Shown here piece by piece: positions 1 through 12,565 of a DNA stretch of 64,000 nt. Position 1 is the first letter of the stretch; the number at the start of each line of letters is the position of its first letter. Source of the DNA: Raillietiella orientalis (Eukaryota); the NCBI GenBank assembly GCA_036172245.1, contig JAYWIR010000012.1, forward strand, positions 1,798,001 to 1,862,000. Reading direction: 5' to 3'. The position numbers and the translations under genes were made by a program. The notes under the pieces were generated by a model. The model ran no database searches and was not told the origin of the DNA. It worked only from the letters and a program-made list of their open reading frames with translations.

Positions 1-2910
1 CTGGGCGCGAAACTTCCCGTTGCCGCTCCGGACGGAATCGCGCGCGGCTCAGCACGCCTCGCGCATTCTGCAAGCTGCTAAGCAACGGACTCGCGTTGTC
101 CTCCTCGGAGTTCCGCCCGAAAGGGAGCTTCCTCTTGAGTTGAATTCCCGCCACGCTGCCGGGCATCCTCTGCAGCAAGGAAGACGAGCACTCACCCTTC
201 CGAGGTCGAGGTGGTGGAGTTCTCCAAGGTCGACGCCAGATGCGGCTCTCCATTTCTCCCGACCTCTCTTCGATTTCCCCTTTCCTATCTGATTTCCATC
301 TTTTCTCCCCTTTCGAGCTGTCGGGATTCTCATCCCCTGTGGAGGAGATTCCTCCCCCCCCCCTCTCTTTTCCCAAAGGATGTTGATGGAAGATCGGGAG
401 AAGAGGATGCGACGGCAATTCCTTCCGCTCCCCTTTCGTGTTTTTTCAGGTGCCAGGAGCGGAAGGAGGAGAAAGTCTTTCGAGATGACGGGCGCCCACC
501 CGCACGCCCACCTGTTTAGCCGGACGGCGGACAGGACGGTGCGGCTGCTTTGCTCCCACCCATCTTCGTACCTGACTCACGAACGAGTGCGAACAGGCGC
601 TTCTTCGGTTCGCTGGCGGGGACGATGCCTTAACAGGTGCTGGGAACGCGAGAGGGCCTTGACGTGCGAAAAACATCCTGAGGGACAGCATATGGATCGG
701 AAAAGTGAGATTTTCTGCTTTGGCGTTTCCGGTTTTCTCTTGAGAGAGCAGCAGGAGGGGAGAATTGCGCTCCCCCTCACGGTAGGGAATAATAAAAGTA
801 TTATTTCGGGGATTGCATGAACGAATGCGAAGGAGGAAGGGGGAGGGGATTTTCCACAGCTTCTACCGTTCCCCCAGCTCGCCCTGCTCCTCGTTGCGGG
901 CGAGGGTCTGGTTCGCCACCGGAGATCGGATAAGGGATGAGGGCCTCTGCGTACTCCGGGACTCGATCCCCCAAGCCTTACTCTCGGCACGGATGGGGAG
1001 ATGAGGCCTTTCGGTGCACACCTTTTACCTGCTCAAACTGGCGCCGCAACGGGCTTTAGCCTCAAGCAAGACTGCGGCTCGAACAAGGGGGGCTTCGGGA
1101 GAAATTTCCCGGTGCCGAGCAGATAACGGAAGCTCCGCAATCCCTGCGTGAGTCTTGCATTGCTGAGACGAGGACTTTTCTCTGAGGATGCACCGCCGGG
1201 GTTTGAACCCTTGACCACCCTCTCGCTCGGTAGGGGCATCTCGCCCTTCTTCGACAAGGGTCTTCTTGAGTTACTTTCGGTGATGCGTTGGAGCTGAAGG
1301 CTGACCTTAACTTTCTTCAGCTTCTGCAGGTCTGTTCTCAGTCGGTGGAAGGTTATCCTAGTTGTCCTAGCTCGTGCGTCCAACAGATGAATGTCCTTCG
1401 ACTACGCTGGATGATGGGCGATGAAAGGCCATCAGCGTGATGAGCTGGTCCTCGCAAGTGCCCCAGATTTCCAGCTCCTGGTGTGTGAATGCATAGCCAT
1501 GCTTACGAAACCTCCCCTCCGTGATCTCGCCATCTCCACCGAAACTCTTCCCAAGGATGCCCTGATCTCTGATTCCGATACGGGCTTAGCTAAGACAAGG
1601 GACGGCAAGGTTTCTGGAAAGGCATTCTGATGGCATTTGCTGCCTGCAAGAATCTGCTCAGAATGTGTTACACTCTGGTCAAACCCCATCCATGCACTCT
1701 CTTACAAATCCACGGTGGGAGGAGGATCTCCCACAGTTTCCTAGACTTTTTTTTTTTTTTTTTTTACTACTATTGCTCTCAAATGTGAGATCCAAATCAT
1801 TCTTTTCAATCCCAGAAGGCATTTACTATCGAATTCCCTGATAGGACATCTGTCGGGATACTTCCCTCGCGTGAGAGATCCTCTCGATGTGGCCGTATCG
1901 CCCCGCAGCCTGCATAAACGCTCTTTGGGGCCTCCATAAATATCCCTTGCTGTTCCTTCTCAGCCGTCAAGGATAGTCCACGGCTTGTGACGCACTTCGC
2001 TATCAAACGCCATTTTGAACGCAGACCGTGCCGATTGCGTCTGGCGGAAACATTCTCGAATTGCACCCCGGAGGGGAGAGACGCTCAGAGGAAGGGGGGA
2101 AGGAGGGGGTAAACGCAGAAGGAAGGACTTGGCCGAGTAGGACTCGGCCACAGGGATTCTTCCGTTCTACGAGACCGCACTCCTGAGACTTTCATCTCGC
2201 GGAGCACTTGGAATCCGGAAGAGGCGGGGAATGAAAGAGCAGGTTGGTCCCTTCGACTCTTGGTCCAAGGTCCTTTGTTGTGAGTTCCGGGAACATGATC
2301 GGCTTTCCTTTTCTGGTCCGAGCAAACTCGTCCGGTTCGTTTTCCCTCGTTGATTCCTTATGGCGTGGTCCTCGATGACGTTCCAGGTACACTCACGAGA
2401 CGACCGAGGAGGAACTTTCGGAGGCTGAAGAGCAACTTTCAGTTTCCTTCATGGAGAATTCCAGAAGCACTCACCCAAAATGAGCAAAGAGCACAATTTC
2501 GCAAAGTCAAGCAGTTCGTGGGAAGGATGAGTGGAGGGCGCTCTCATCATTCCCTCAACCTTCCTCCTGCTGATGATGGTTCGGTCCTCGAAACCCACAT
2601 TTCCTCATCCCGAGAATCGTCTACATCGAGATGGCGTTCGTCTTCAGAGAGGGCCACTTGCAACCAGGACAAAAAGTGAGTGCTCAAGGAGTTGCTTTTT
2701 TTTCTATTTTCTTTTTTATTTTTTTTTTTAAAAAAGGATCTAACAGGGTGATAGCTGCTATTGGTCCACGATGCTGGAAATCCTTTTTTCCATTTTCTCT
2801 GCTTTCTGATTCTTTTTTTTTTTTTTTTTCGAATTTTCTTTGTATGGGGGGGGGGCCCGTAGTCGAAGGACATGGGGCTTTTGAAGAACCGTCCGTCTCC
2901 TTAGGGGGCA

Positions 2911-3614
2911 CTCACGAAGTTCTTTGACTCTGTCCACGCCACCCGAGAGTGCGTGTGACTCTTCAAGTCATAGAGGGCAAGTCCGGAGGGACCACCCTAT
3001 GAATCCAGGAAGGCTTCGGAAGAAGGAGTCGGTTCCTCTTACACTTGGGAGGGGACCCCGTAGGGAACCTTCCACTCTGGTTCTCCGAAGGGAACCTCTT
3101 TCTTATTCCCTCTCGGAGGGGGGCACTCCTCATTTCGTTTCCTGAAGGAACCCACAAGGGAACCGCTGCTTGCCTCATCATCCTCTGAAGAGAACCCGTA
3201 AGGGGCGCATCCCAATTTATTCGAAGAATCGCTCCCTGAAGGGAGCAGCACCTTCCGACACTCTGGAGAGGCAATCCCCCAAGGGACACTATCAGCTCCA
3301 TGGTAACCGACAGGAGGAACGGCTTCATTCTCACAACAGGAAGGGAACCCTGAATCGCTCCTCGATTCCCGGAAGGACACCGAAAGGTCAGCTTCCAATC
3401 CCAACCACTCAACGGGGACACCCGGTTTCCAGCTGCTACCAATGCTGACGCACTCGAAGCCCGCAGGCCAGCCAGTGCCATCCAGATGGGGGAGGAGGGA
3501 TAGAAACCTACGACGCAGCTCCCGTTCCCGTTCTCGCAGCTCTGAGGTCGGTTCTACGTGAGGATTCGAACCCGCGACGCTTGTGCCACACAGGGAACCC
3601 ACGGCTACACGGCC
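2911..3614 (-). mobile_element. tRNA-derived SINE, copy 1
   Basis: Pol III B-box GGTTCGAATCC on minus strand (3562-3572), ~45 nt from a GGCCGTGT(A/G)GC head. The body is visibly homologous to copies at 8.1-8.7, 40.2-40.7, 58.0-58.5 and 60.2-60.8 kb. Ends approximate. Confidence 0.8.
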
Positions 3615-4562
3615 AGCGACGCAGGCAGTGTGGCTGAAGCAGTCTCTTGTGCACTGCACTCTTCCTCGCAAGGCTAGAGGTCGGAAGGGGGGGGGGGGGG
3701 GAAGAGGTCTTTTTTTACAATAGCCTTCTCTGTGAATCCACGAGCTCCACTTCACACGTGGCAGATCGAAGGACAAATTTCGTTCGGGGGTATCCGGGAA
3801 GGAGGCCCTCGGACCAGTCGCGTGTTTGGATCTGAAACATTCAGACGGGGGTATTCTCCCCAACTTCCGAGCCCTCCGCGTCTTGGTGTTGAGCTGGTGC
3901 TGTCCCGCAGAGAGTACGCGAGAATCGGCCAGGGGCAAACCTCGTTCTACCCCTGCCGAATCGATCTTCTCTCCTTGAGGACTGAGCTGCCCGCTCCGGA
4001 GAGCGTCGCGCAGGGGACGCGCCCCGCACGTGTTCCTGCCGAATCAGACGTTAGGAAACACCATGAACTCCTTCCCGCGATTGGCTTTGGACGGAGCGGT
4101 TTCCAGGTCTCGCAGCGTTTGATGCTGATCCCGCGATTCCACGAGGTCTCACGCGCGATTCCCCTTGTGGGGACATCCAGAGAGAGGGATTATTTGTGGT
4201 ATTTGCTGGACTCGTTTCACTCAAACAAGCCTGACAACTTCCGAGGCGATCTCGGATGTCGGCCTCCCACGTCCGGAATCAAGAGTTGGATCCCTTCTTC
4301 GCAACAGGGAATCCGAGCAGGTTTGCGAGTCTGGAATTTTCTGCCCATTTTCTGTCTTTACGACGCGGTTGACAGCCTCACCAGCCGTTGCGTGGATAGG
4401 CGCGTGTGTTTCCGGCAGTGATGTAGGATGTGCGGCATCCCAGGCCGTGCATCTGCGGCACATTCGTTCGATCCGGGCCTCGTCTTGTGGCTAGCAGGTG
4501 TAAGCAAACAGCATGCACTGCGTGGTGAGCCACTCGAAACCTGTCCTTTTCATGGTTTCCAT

Positions 4563-5290
4563 TCGGTTTTGCCGGGGCATTTATTGTTAAATAAAATAAT
4601 GATAAAAGTCCATTAGAAGTGTTCAAGTGTGGTGAAATACTTGGCGGCACCACGTGCTCGGAACTTGCCGAGACCGGCATGTAGACTGACGAGGTCCGTT
4701 CCCACAGAAACGGGGAAGGGAAAACCGAGGAAAAAAAAAAAAAGAAACCAACAAAAAGGGAAAACCGAGAGGACAAGTTTTGTTGGAAAGGGGGATGAGG
4801 ACCGCGGATGGGATCACGTTTTGCTGCAAAGCGTCCTCAGCATCCTGTTTAGGATGCTGGCAAGTTCTGTTCTTATCCTGTCCAGGTGGAACCATCTCGA
4901 GGCGGTCTTCAGGAAGATCGTCGCCCAGTGGATGGCGTCCCTTCCATTTAGGACTTCCTGGTCTTCCACGCTGCCACGATCCTGCAAAGACAGCAGAGAG
5001 CTGCAAGGGACGCGGCTGGCAGCAGTGCGGTACCACGTGCGAGAAGGCCTTCGCAAATGTTCCTGGGGCTTCTAACCGGAATTCCTAGGGTCATCGGAAG
5101 GCGATCCCTAAGGAGATGGAGGGCGGAAAGTCTCCTTCTCGCCTCACCGGTAGCAATTGGCATCCACACTCCCCCGTGTCCAATGATGAAGGCGTGGGGT
5201 TCCCCAGCACCAGCAACGCCAACACATGTGAGTTGAAAGGGAAGGCGCCACTGTTCCAGCATTCTGGAACAGTTCAGCTCTCTCCATGTC
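4563..5290 (-). mobile_element. 5'-truncated non-LTR retrotransposon relic (L1/Tx1-like ORF2 C-terminus + 3' UTR), copy A
   Basis: Nucleotide homology to 16.9-17.6 kb and 38.75-39.5 kb (shared aggatgcYggcaagttc, ctcccccgYgtcca). Degenerate HWTRG motif, ORF end at TGATCCC, T-rich UTR and AATAAA on minus strand near 4580-4586. Confidence 0.7.
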
Positions 5291-8094
5291 TGGCTTCACG
5301 GCGAGGCGTAGAAGCCACGAGCTTCCGCCGATCACCACTGCTGGCCTCGAGTCGCTCGTTTTATGCAAGCAACTGGGGAGGTTGACTCCAGCCCGTCCTT
5401 CTTAGCGGATTCCACCAACAGAGGAAGGAGGCGCTCCCAGAAGCCAGGATGACCAGATGGGAGGAAGCCTTTGCTGAATGAGTCGCTGAAAAGCAGCGCT
5501 CTTCGAGTGTGGCCTGGAGGCACGACGACGCGAGCGCGCGCGACCAGCAACCGGCCAACAACGCGGTCCGGAGAAATTCGGAGCGGCGGGACCGCTCGAA
5601 TCGGCGGCAGAACGCCACGAGTATCGGACCAGGCCGGTTTAAAGTGACACGCGCTGTGTAATCTCAAGATCTTCGGTGCTCTCGGGAAAACAGGGAGAGG
5701 AATGAAATGAGATGTATTTCCGAGAAGATGGTTCTCCCTTGGTTAGGGTACTTGAATCAATGGTTTCTCATGCTTGTAGGGTAGGACTGATCGATCTTCT
5801 TTCTTATGCTCTTGTTAAAAGCACCAAACCCTCCAACTTCCGGTTCTTATTTCAGTAAGAAAGGGTCCAGCGCGTGCCGATCCGAAGATGGAAGGGACCA
5901 AGGCTCACTGGGGACTGTAGGAGAAAGGTAGTGATCGGAGGGAAGGGAGCACCGATAGATGGATAAAGGCTGATGGACCGGCCCCACGACGGCGGCCACA
6001 GTTAACGAGTTTCCGCGTCGCAGGGAGGATAGAGAGGGGTGCAGCCACTAGCCCGAAAGTACCTGACACACCAGCATCCTGAGGCTTACTTTGTCTTTCA
6101 CATCCCACAATTTGCTCCATTCCGACCCAACTTCTCAGCGGAGTGATGGGAACTTTGGATGGAAGCCACGGGCTACTTCCGATCGCCACTGCCCGCGCGT
6201 GGCAAGGGATCTCTGAGGAGGAACCTTCTGTTGCTTCCCGAAAGCGTCTTTCGGGCAGGACGCTCCTCCTGGTTACCTAGCATAACGATAGTCTCGAGAT
6301 CAAGAAGCCAAAGACCTCGAAAGAGGGGAGTCCTGGATTCCGTAGGAGGCAGAAGAATGAGGGTGGCATCTCAGGTGAGCAGCGACTCATCCAGAAAACA
6401 ACACCAAGAAATTTAGGGATTCTCTCTTTGGTGCCGAACTTGTAAACGGATGATGTCACATAAAGGGGCTGGTAGTGGGCATCTGTGCCGATTCCGCCCT
6501 CACCCCATCCGACAGCATTTTCTTTTCCTTCCAGAAACCACGTTCTGCTGGACCGAAGAGCTCTTCAGATGGACACGCTGCGAAGTGAGAGGAAAGGGAC
6601 CGCAAGCTCTTCGACCCTAAGTGGTGGGGAGGGGAGGAGGAGCACGCAAGCTACGATGGTGGGCGGTGTCCCCTGTTGCGAGGCAGCATGAGCGTACCCT
6701 TGAGGCACCTTCCATTTCGGGAAGGGTTGAGTGGGTGAGTGCTCGAGAAAAGGATGGGGTGAGTTGCTTGGTTCGGATTAGGGAGCCTTGCAATGGGGCA
6801 CATCGAGAGGGGCCAGGCATTTCCATCTCTTCGCGGTGGCTAGCCGTCTCCGGGTTCCATGGGGTGGATGATGCTGCAGGGAGCTGGGTTCCCTGCGTGA
6901 CCCAGGAGGCATCGTCCTGCAATCGAAGTCCTAGAGTTTCTCCTGCCGGGGAGTGGGTGCCGCCCTCCCCTCTCCCCAGCGAGCGCGAAGAGGGCGGGTC
7001 CCAAGTCAGAGGAAATCGACGATTATTCCTAGTAGCTGCGCCTCTGGTTGCACGGGAAGGAGTCTCGAAGGGCATCGTCCCCTGTTCAACGGAGCGGCAT
7101 CTCCCTGCGGCACAAGAAGAGGCTGCGAGAGCGAAGCACCCTCGACGCGGGACAACTGCACTGCTGGGACGCTTCGGAGGGGGTGAACCCCGAAGCGAAA
7201 CGCACCGAAGGGTGACCCTGCATCTCGACGAGGCCGTTCCGGGCAGACTCCTCCCGAACCGAACGTTCGCGTACGCCGGAATCCTCCGCGTTCCTTTCTT
7301 CTCTCCGGGCAGCAGCACCCTCAGCCATCCAGGAGTTGCATCCGCAGCACCTCTCCTGGCTCCTGTCCGACTGCGGTCCATTCCGCGAACCGCAAGCATC
7401 CGTTTCGTTTCCAGAGCCGGCAACAACAAGAGGTCTTTTTTATGGACGTCGCCACATCCTTGTCGGACGAGGCATCTGCAGCATCCAAAATGCGGGTAAA
7501 TCTCGCCTCCGCCTGGAAGGGCACCACTGACTTCTCGGAAAGACTCCCCTCAAACAGTGCATTCTACTTTGGAAAGAACTTGGAAATGTCAGGAAGAACG
7601 AATGTTGCATCAGAGGCCTCTCTGTGACGTGAGGTTGCGGGGTAGGGCAGCAAAGGGAGGTCCACGGATCGCGCGAATCGACCAACAGAATCGGCAGCAA
7701 CTGCCGACGGCTTCTCGTCTCTGAGAAGATAAGAAAGGGATATTCGAAAACGGCTGGAACAGTTGGGATTGTCTCCCAGATCAAGCCACGGCACGGGGCG
7801 AACGGATTCTTCGTCCTCTTAAACCACTACGACCCCGCAGGCAAGAGGAGACGGTACTGGAACCTCTCGTCGGCCTTTCGACTAAGGTCAAAGAGAGCGG
7901 CAGGCGCAGACGACAGACTCATCAACGAAACGAACGCGAAGGCTTCGAAGGAGAATCGCTCGTGAAAGCGGGGGCGAAATTTCAACGCACAAAACGCATC
8001 CTCAAAAGTGCATTTGTCTGCCGAACACCCGGAAGCCTTGCGGCCACCAGCTTCCATGGGAGATTTAAACAAACATCTGAGTAGGATGTGGCCC

Positions 8095-8737
8095 AACTTT
8101 TCAAATTATAGGGGGTACTCCGGGAGAAGAACACCTTATGGATCCAGGAGGGCTCTGGAAGAGAGTCCGCTCTTCTAACTCTTGGTAGGAGAACCCCGAA
8201 AGGAACCTTCTCCCTTGTGGTCTCCGAAAGGAATCCTGGAAAGATATCTTCCTTATTCTCTTTGGAGGGACCCCCCAGAGGGGGATGTTCCATTGTTCCT
8301 TCTCCGACGGGAAACCGGAAAGGATCCGCTCCTTGTTCCCTCATCTGAAGAAACTTCCGAATGGACGCTTCTTAATTTCTTCCTCTGAAGTACCTCTTCC
8401 CGAAGAGAGCAGCGCGCTTCTTACACTCTGGAAAGGCAATCTCCTCAGGGAGTATTAAACAGCTCCATGGTACGCTATGGGTGGAAACCCCGAAGGGCTC
8501 CTTGATGTCTTGGAATGATCCCGGAGGGTCAACATCCAATCCCGACCACTCAACAGGGGCATCCGGTTTTTACCAGCTTCCACCATTGCCTCACCCAATT
8601 ACGAGCCAACCAGCGTCATCTTGCGGAGGGACTCAAAACCCACGACGCACTCATTTCTCGGCGTCGATCCTCCCCCGGGTGGGATTCGAACCCGCGATGC
8701 TTGACACCACATGCGGAGGGACGGCAGCCACACGGCC
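8095..8737 (-). mobile_element. tRNA-derived SINE, copy 2
   Basis: B-box at 8682-8692 (gggattcgaacccgcga on +); body homologous to copy 1. Confidence 0.8.
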
Positions 8738-11700
8738 GTAAGAGGTGCGTAGGATTCCACCAGGCGCCAGGCGCCCTTCGGAAACCAGCGTGAAACTCGG
8801 GACGGAGGGCGTCGCCAGCACGCTCGCTGCTGGCAGCGTGGCCTGGAGAGGCAGAACTGCCACTCCCGTCTGGAGATCTGCCTCGACCCTCTATCCGTGT
8901 AGTGGGGTCGCGTTCTCGTGGACGGCGCCAAAAGAGCGGCACGTTTTCGCTCCCGGAGTCCCGTCCCAACTTCCTGAGGAACGCTCACAAAACGTGCTCC
9001 TTTCGTGAGAACGGATCTAAGACTAAGGATGCTGTTGCGCTGCTCACTCCAGTGACGTTTTGTCGCCGACGGAGCCGCGAGGTCCGCAAACTCACCGCGC
9101 GGAGAAACCGACAGGCAACCAATCGGTGGAACCATGGAGATGCGAGCAGGAAAAAAAAAAAAAGCAGAAGCAGCGTGGCAACGCCTCAGGCACGGTGTCC
9201 AGGTGAGGAGAGGAGGCAGGCTGAAATGAAAATGGCGCTCCTGTGGTTGTGTCCGGGGACGGCGTTCCTGTTCCCTCGCGATCATCCCTTTGGAACAGCT
9301 TCTTCGCTCGCTCGCTCCCTTCCTGTCTTTCCCGATGCCAGCGATCGCTTCCGTGCCGAGCGGCGGATTTACCGGAGGGGGCGGGAAGGGGGGGGGGGAC
9401 CGAGCGCAGAATTCTTGCAGGAAACCTCCCAACCAATTCCTCCACTCCCGGCGCAGCCGATGCGACGAAGAACGGGAGCGCCTTACCTCGCAAAAGGTGT
9501 GGCCGCCGGCTGTAATCAGCGATTGCGGCGCGCGTTACGAGACGCCCTCCCCGGCGCCATGACAACATCGATTAAATCCGCGCTCATGGAAACCGTTTAT
9601 CACAGCATGAGGGGGGGCCCACGACAGCTGCTGCTAACAATGCCGCCCGCAAGATGGTGGCCGGGAGAGTGCCATGGAGTTTGTTCCGTGCGTGTTGCTT
9701 TCCGTGTCTTTTGCAGAGTGCTCGCTCCCTCAAGTTCTGCCGGGCTACCCCAGGCGCAGGTTCGCCGTCTTCACCGTGGAGGAGAGCCACTGGGTATATT
9801 CCTCGCTTTTTTGCCATTCGAGCGCTTGGGGCAACCGCAGTTGTGACCGCGGTCCGGCGCGACCCCGAACGAAACGGCATTCGGGAAGCAAGCAAGCAAA
9901 CAAACCCCAAAACAAACCAACAGCAAACAACAACAAAAAGATGCACCCCAGTTCGTTGGCAGGCAACCATCTGAGTCATCCGCTCTTTTTTTACACGCAG
10001 GATTAAAGGAGTAAGGAAACATTGAAATGCTAATTTTACAAAGATGTGCCCTGGACATGACGAAGTACTTTCAAAAAAAAAAAAAAAAAATGCTTGAGCG
10101 CTCTCGTTTTTCCTAAATATCTATTTCAATTTTTCTTTTTTTCTTTTAAAAAAAAGTGCTGTATTTGAATTTTGTTTGGGCGAAACATCTTCAGTTAGCG
10201 AGCACGTAGTGATTATTCGCTCTCTTATTACAGATATTTCAATAAGCTTTATGCCTGGATCATCTCAATAATAATAATAACAATAAGGATCTGAAGGATT
10301 CGTGGGTTATACAGCATTTCGTACAAAAAAATTAACGAGTTTAAAAGGAACAAAAACGAGATTCCTTCGATGGAAGCGATGCAGGTTTGTCTTCATAGCA
10401 CATGATGGGTTTCTCAGCATCGGTTAATCGTTTCCAAGCATCTTTTTCTCAGCTTAATCCACCCCGCGGTCTCTACCACCAATTTGAACGATCCGTTTTA
10501 CTGATTGGAGAACCGTTGCCTCTCTGCGGTCTCCATGTAAAATCCTTGTAACAAAAAAAAAAAAGATGCTGGGAACACTGCTTCCGTTTAGCATATGGCG
10601 GATTCATTCATCGTTCTAGTGTACGTGCATGTTCTGTGCGCGGTCATTACGTGGAAATTTCCGCATTTCTCTTTCTAATGCGTAAAAAGCTCGTACGTGC
10701 GTTTTTATTACTGCGTTTTTTTTCTGTGTGTGTTTTTTCAGTCTAATTTCTAATCCCAGCAGCGCAATCATCGCCTACTTGTTTCAAACCCTTGAGTCCC
10801 TCGATAAACTGGCCTTGTTTGACAACTTCTTCGAGTGCAGAAGCTTCAATTCCTGATGCCCTCCTGGGAAACAGCTGCCAGCACTTTCTTTTTCTGCCTG
10901 TTCTCCAGAGCTCCAAGCCACGATCGGAACATTCTTTGGGCGGCGACTGCCATCCACGCTCCCGGAGTACGCGAAACCAACGTTCGATTCTGATGCTCCC
11001 TGATGGACGGAGTTATCCGGCTGCCTCCGCACCACTTGAAACTCCTGCACTTGAAGAAAAGGAGGGAGGAACATGCTTTCGTTACCACTCAGAGGACCAC
11101 TGGCCATTCATCTCGACTTGAGAATCGTGTTTTGGGGATGCCTCCCTCAGGGACTTCTATATCGCAGCTCCTCCACGTTCGCAGCTCGAAATCACTTCCT
11201 GCTTGAGGAACCCTCGCTTGTGCGCGAAGTCTCGCAAGCTCGCACTGATCATCTCTGGAGCTCTGATTTTTATGCAGGCGTCGCATCTTCTGCCCCACTT
11301 CTGTCCTTCCATCTTCTGTCCTTGAAGTCTTACCACACTCTCTTATTTACTCAGGTCCGTGTTCTGGTGCTAGAGCGACGGGAGGCATTACCTCAGCAGG
11401 CTGTTTGTACCTCACTAAGACCTCATGTAACGGGACTGCACTCGCAAGCCGTACAAGCATTTGAACAAGCAGCCGATGGTGCGGATGGTTCGAGTGAAGA
11501 GGGCGAAGAGAATTCAGGACGTCCGTGAAAGACTTCCCGAGGTCGCGAGGGAGCGCTCCGCCCAGCAGCTGCCGGTCCGGTGTCCCGGCGTTTTATGCTG
11601 AATCAGAAGCCACTTCCGTCCGGAATCTCGAAAATTCTGTTGGGGAGGTCACGGTGACTGCCGAATTTCCAGCCGCATGTGCGAAATTCATGCGCCACCG

Positions 11701-12193
11701 CATCGCGAGTTTGGTGGAATCACCGTGAAATCAAGAAAATGCTTCGCTCAGAGTGTGACCTCTCAATTTCCGCGGTTGTGCCAAGCATGACGCGTCGTTC
11801 CTCCGCGGTCCCGGCTGTTGAATGAACCGTGTTATGAGGAGCATTCGGGAGTCACTACTTGATCCATTTGTCAGTTCGGATGTGCCCACGGCATCGGGAA
11901 AAGGTTTGTGTCGTGCAGCGTCTTGAAGTTCTCTGGCCCGTGGATGGACTTGGCGTGCACCATAAAAAGAGAATGCAGCAGATTTGCGGTATCTAATGGA
12001 GTGTGTTGGACTACTTTGATATGAGACTCCTTCGCGCCGACGGTCTCCAGGAGGTGCCAAGTTTAAATGCTTCAAGCAGGGAAGCTCACAGTCTCCCGTG
12101 GAGAAAATGCAAAGTTGCTTTCGAATTTTGTAAAATGCCCTTTTCATAAGTGTTATGAAGAAGATCCAATGCTCAGAAATCCATTATTTCCAG

Positions 12194-12565
12194 TCCTTTT
12201 CCAAAAACAACCTCGTGGGCATTGGTTTCGTTGTTGTCTGTACACTGGCAGTCCTTTTTATTGGATTCGCCGCCTACGTAATCAGTCAGGTGTTTTAAAT
12301 AATTAATACATGTAAACATATTCAGTTGTGTTTACAGATCAGGAGGCTGAAGAAAGATGTTGGCAGTTTGGCATACGCGTTGAGAAAGGTAGGATCGGTA
12401 CCAAATGGGGATTCTGGCTGCTAAAGAATTTTTGCTCAGCTTCAAAAGCACTTGAATAAATTAGAAGATCTTCCCCTGCAGGGCAAAGTGAGCCCCCACT
12501 ACTTGGAGAGCCTCCACCGTTATGTCCAGTTGGTAAACACACTCCGTATTTCTCTGGGTACTTGA
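12194..12565 (+). CDS. 3' exons of a putative single-pass membrane protein (exons 12194-12289, 12338-12388, 12440-12565; possible extra 42-nt intron 12488-12529)
   Basis: GT-AG introns of 48 and 51 nt join phase-0 exons into SFSKNN-LVGIGFVVVCTLAVLFIGFAAYVI-SQIRRLKKDVGSLAYALRKLQKHLNKLEDL...: a TM helix, basic stop-transfer residues and a coiled-coil-like segment. Upstream exons not resolved. Confidence 0.6.

Noticed and set aside
3560..3614. tRNA genes at the five B-box sites
   Set aside because: No cloverleaf or oligo-T terminator; each is the head of a longer dispersed repeat (SINE).
2890..4700. Shared 3' tail between the SINE and the LINE family
   Set aside because: Compared by eye; no similarity found.
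9552..9593. Two RFX X-box-like motifs (gccatgacaac, ctcatggaaac)
   Set aside because: Only half-sites match the consensus.
6617..9846. Long overlapping ORFs (270-314 aa) on both strands; likewise 18764-19846, 26898-27704, 38709-39665, 55288-56061
   Set aside because: R/P/S/G-rich, no motifs or codon bias; expected in GC-rich DNA or overlapping repeats.
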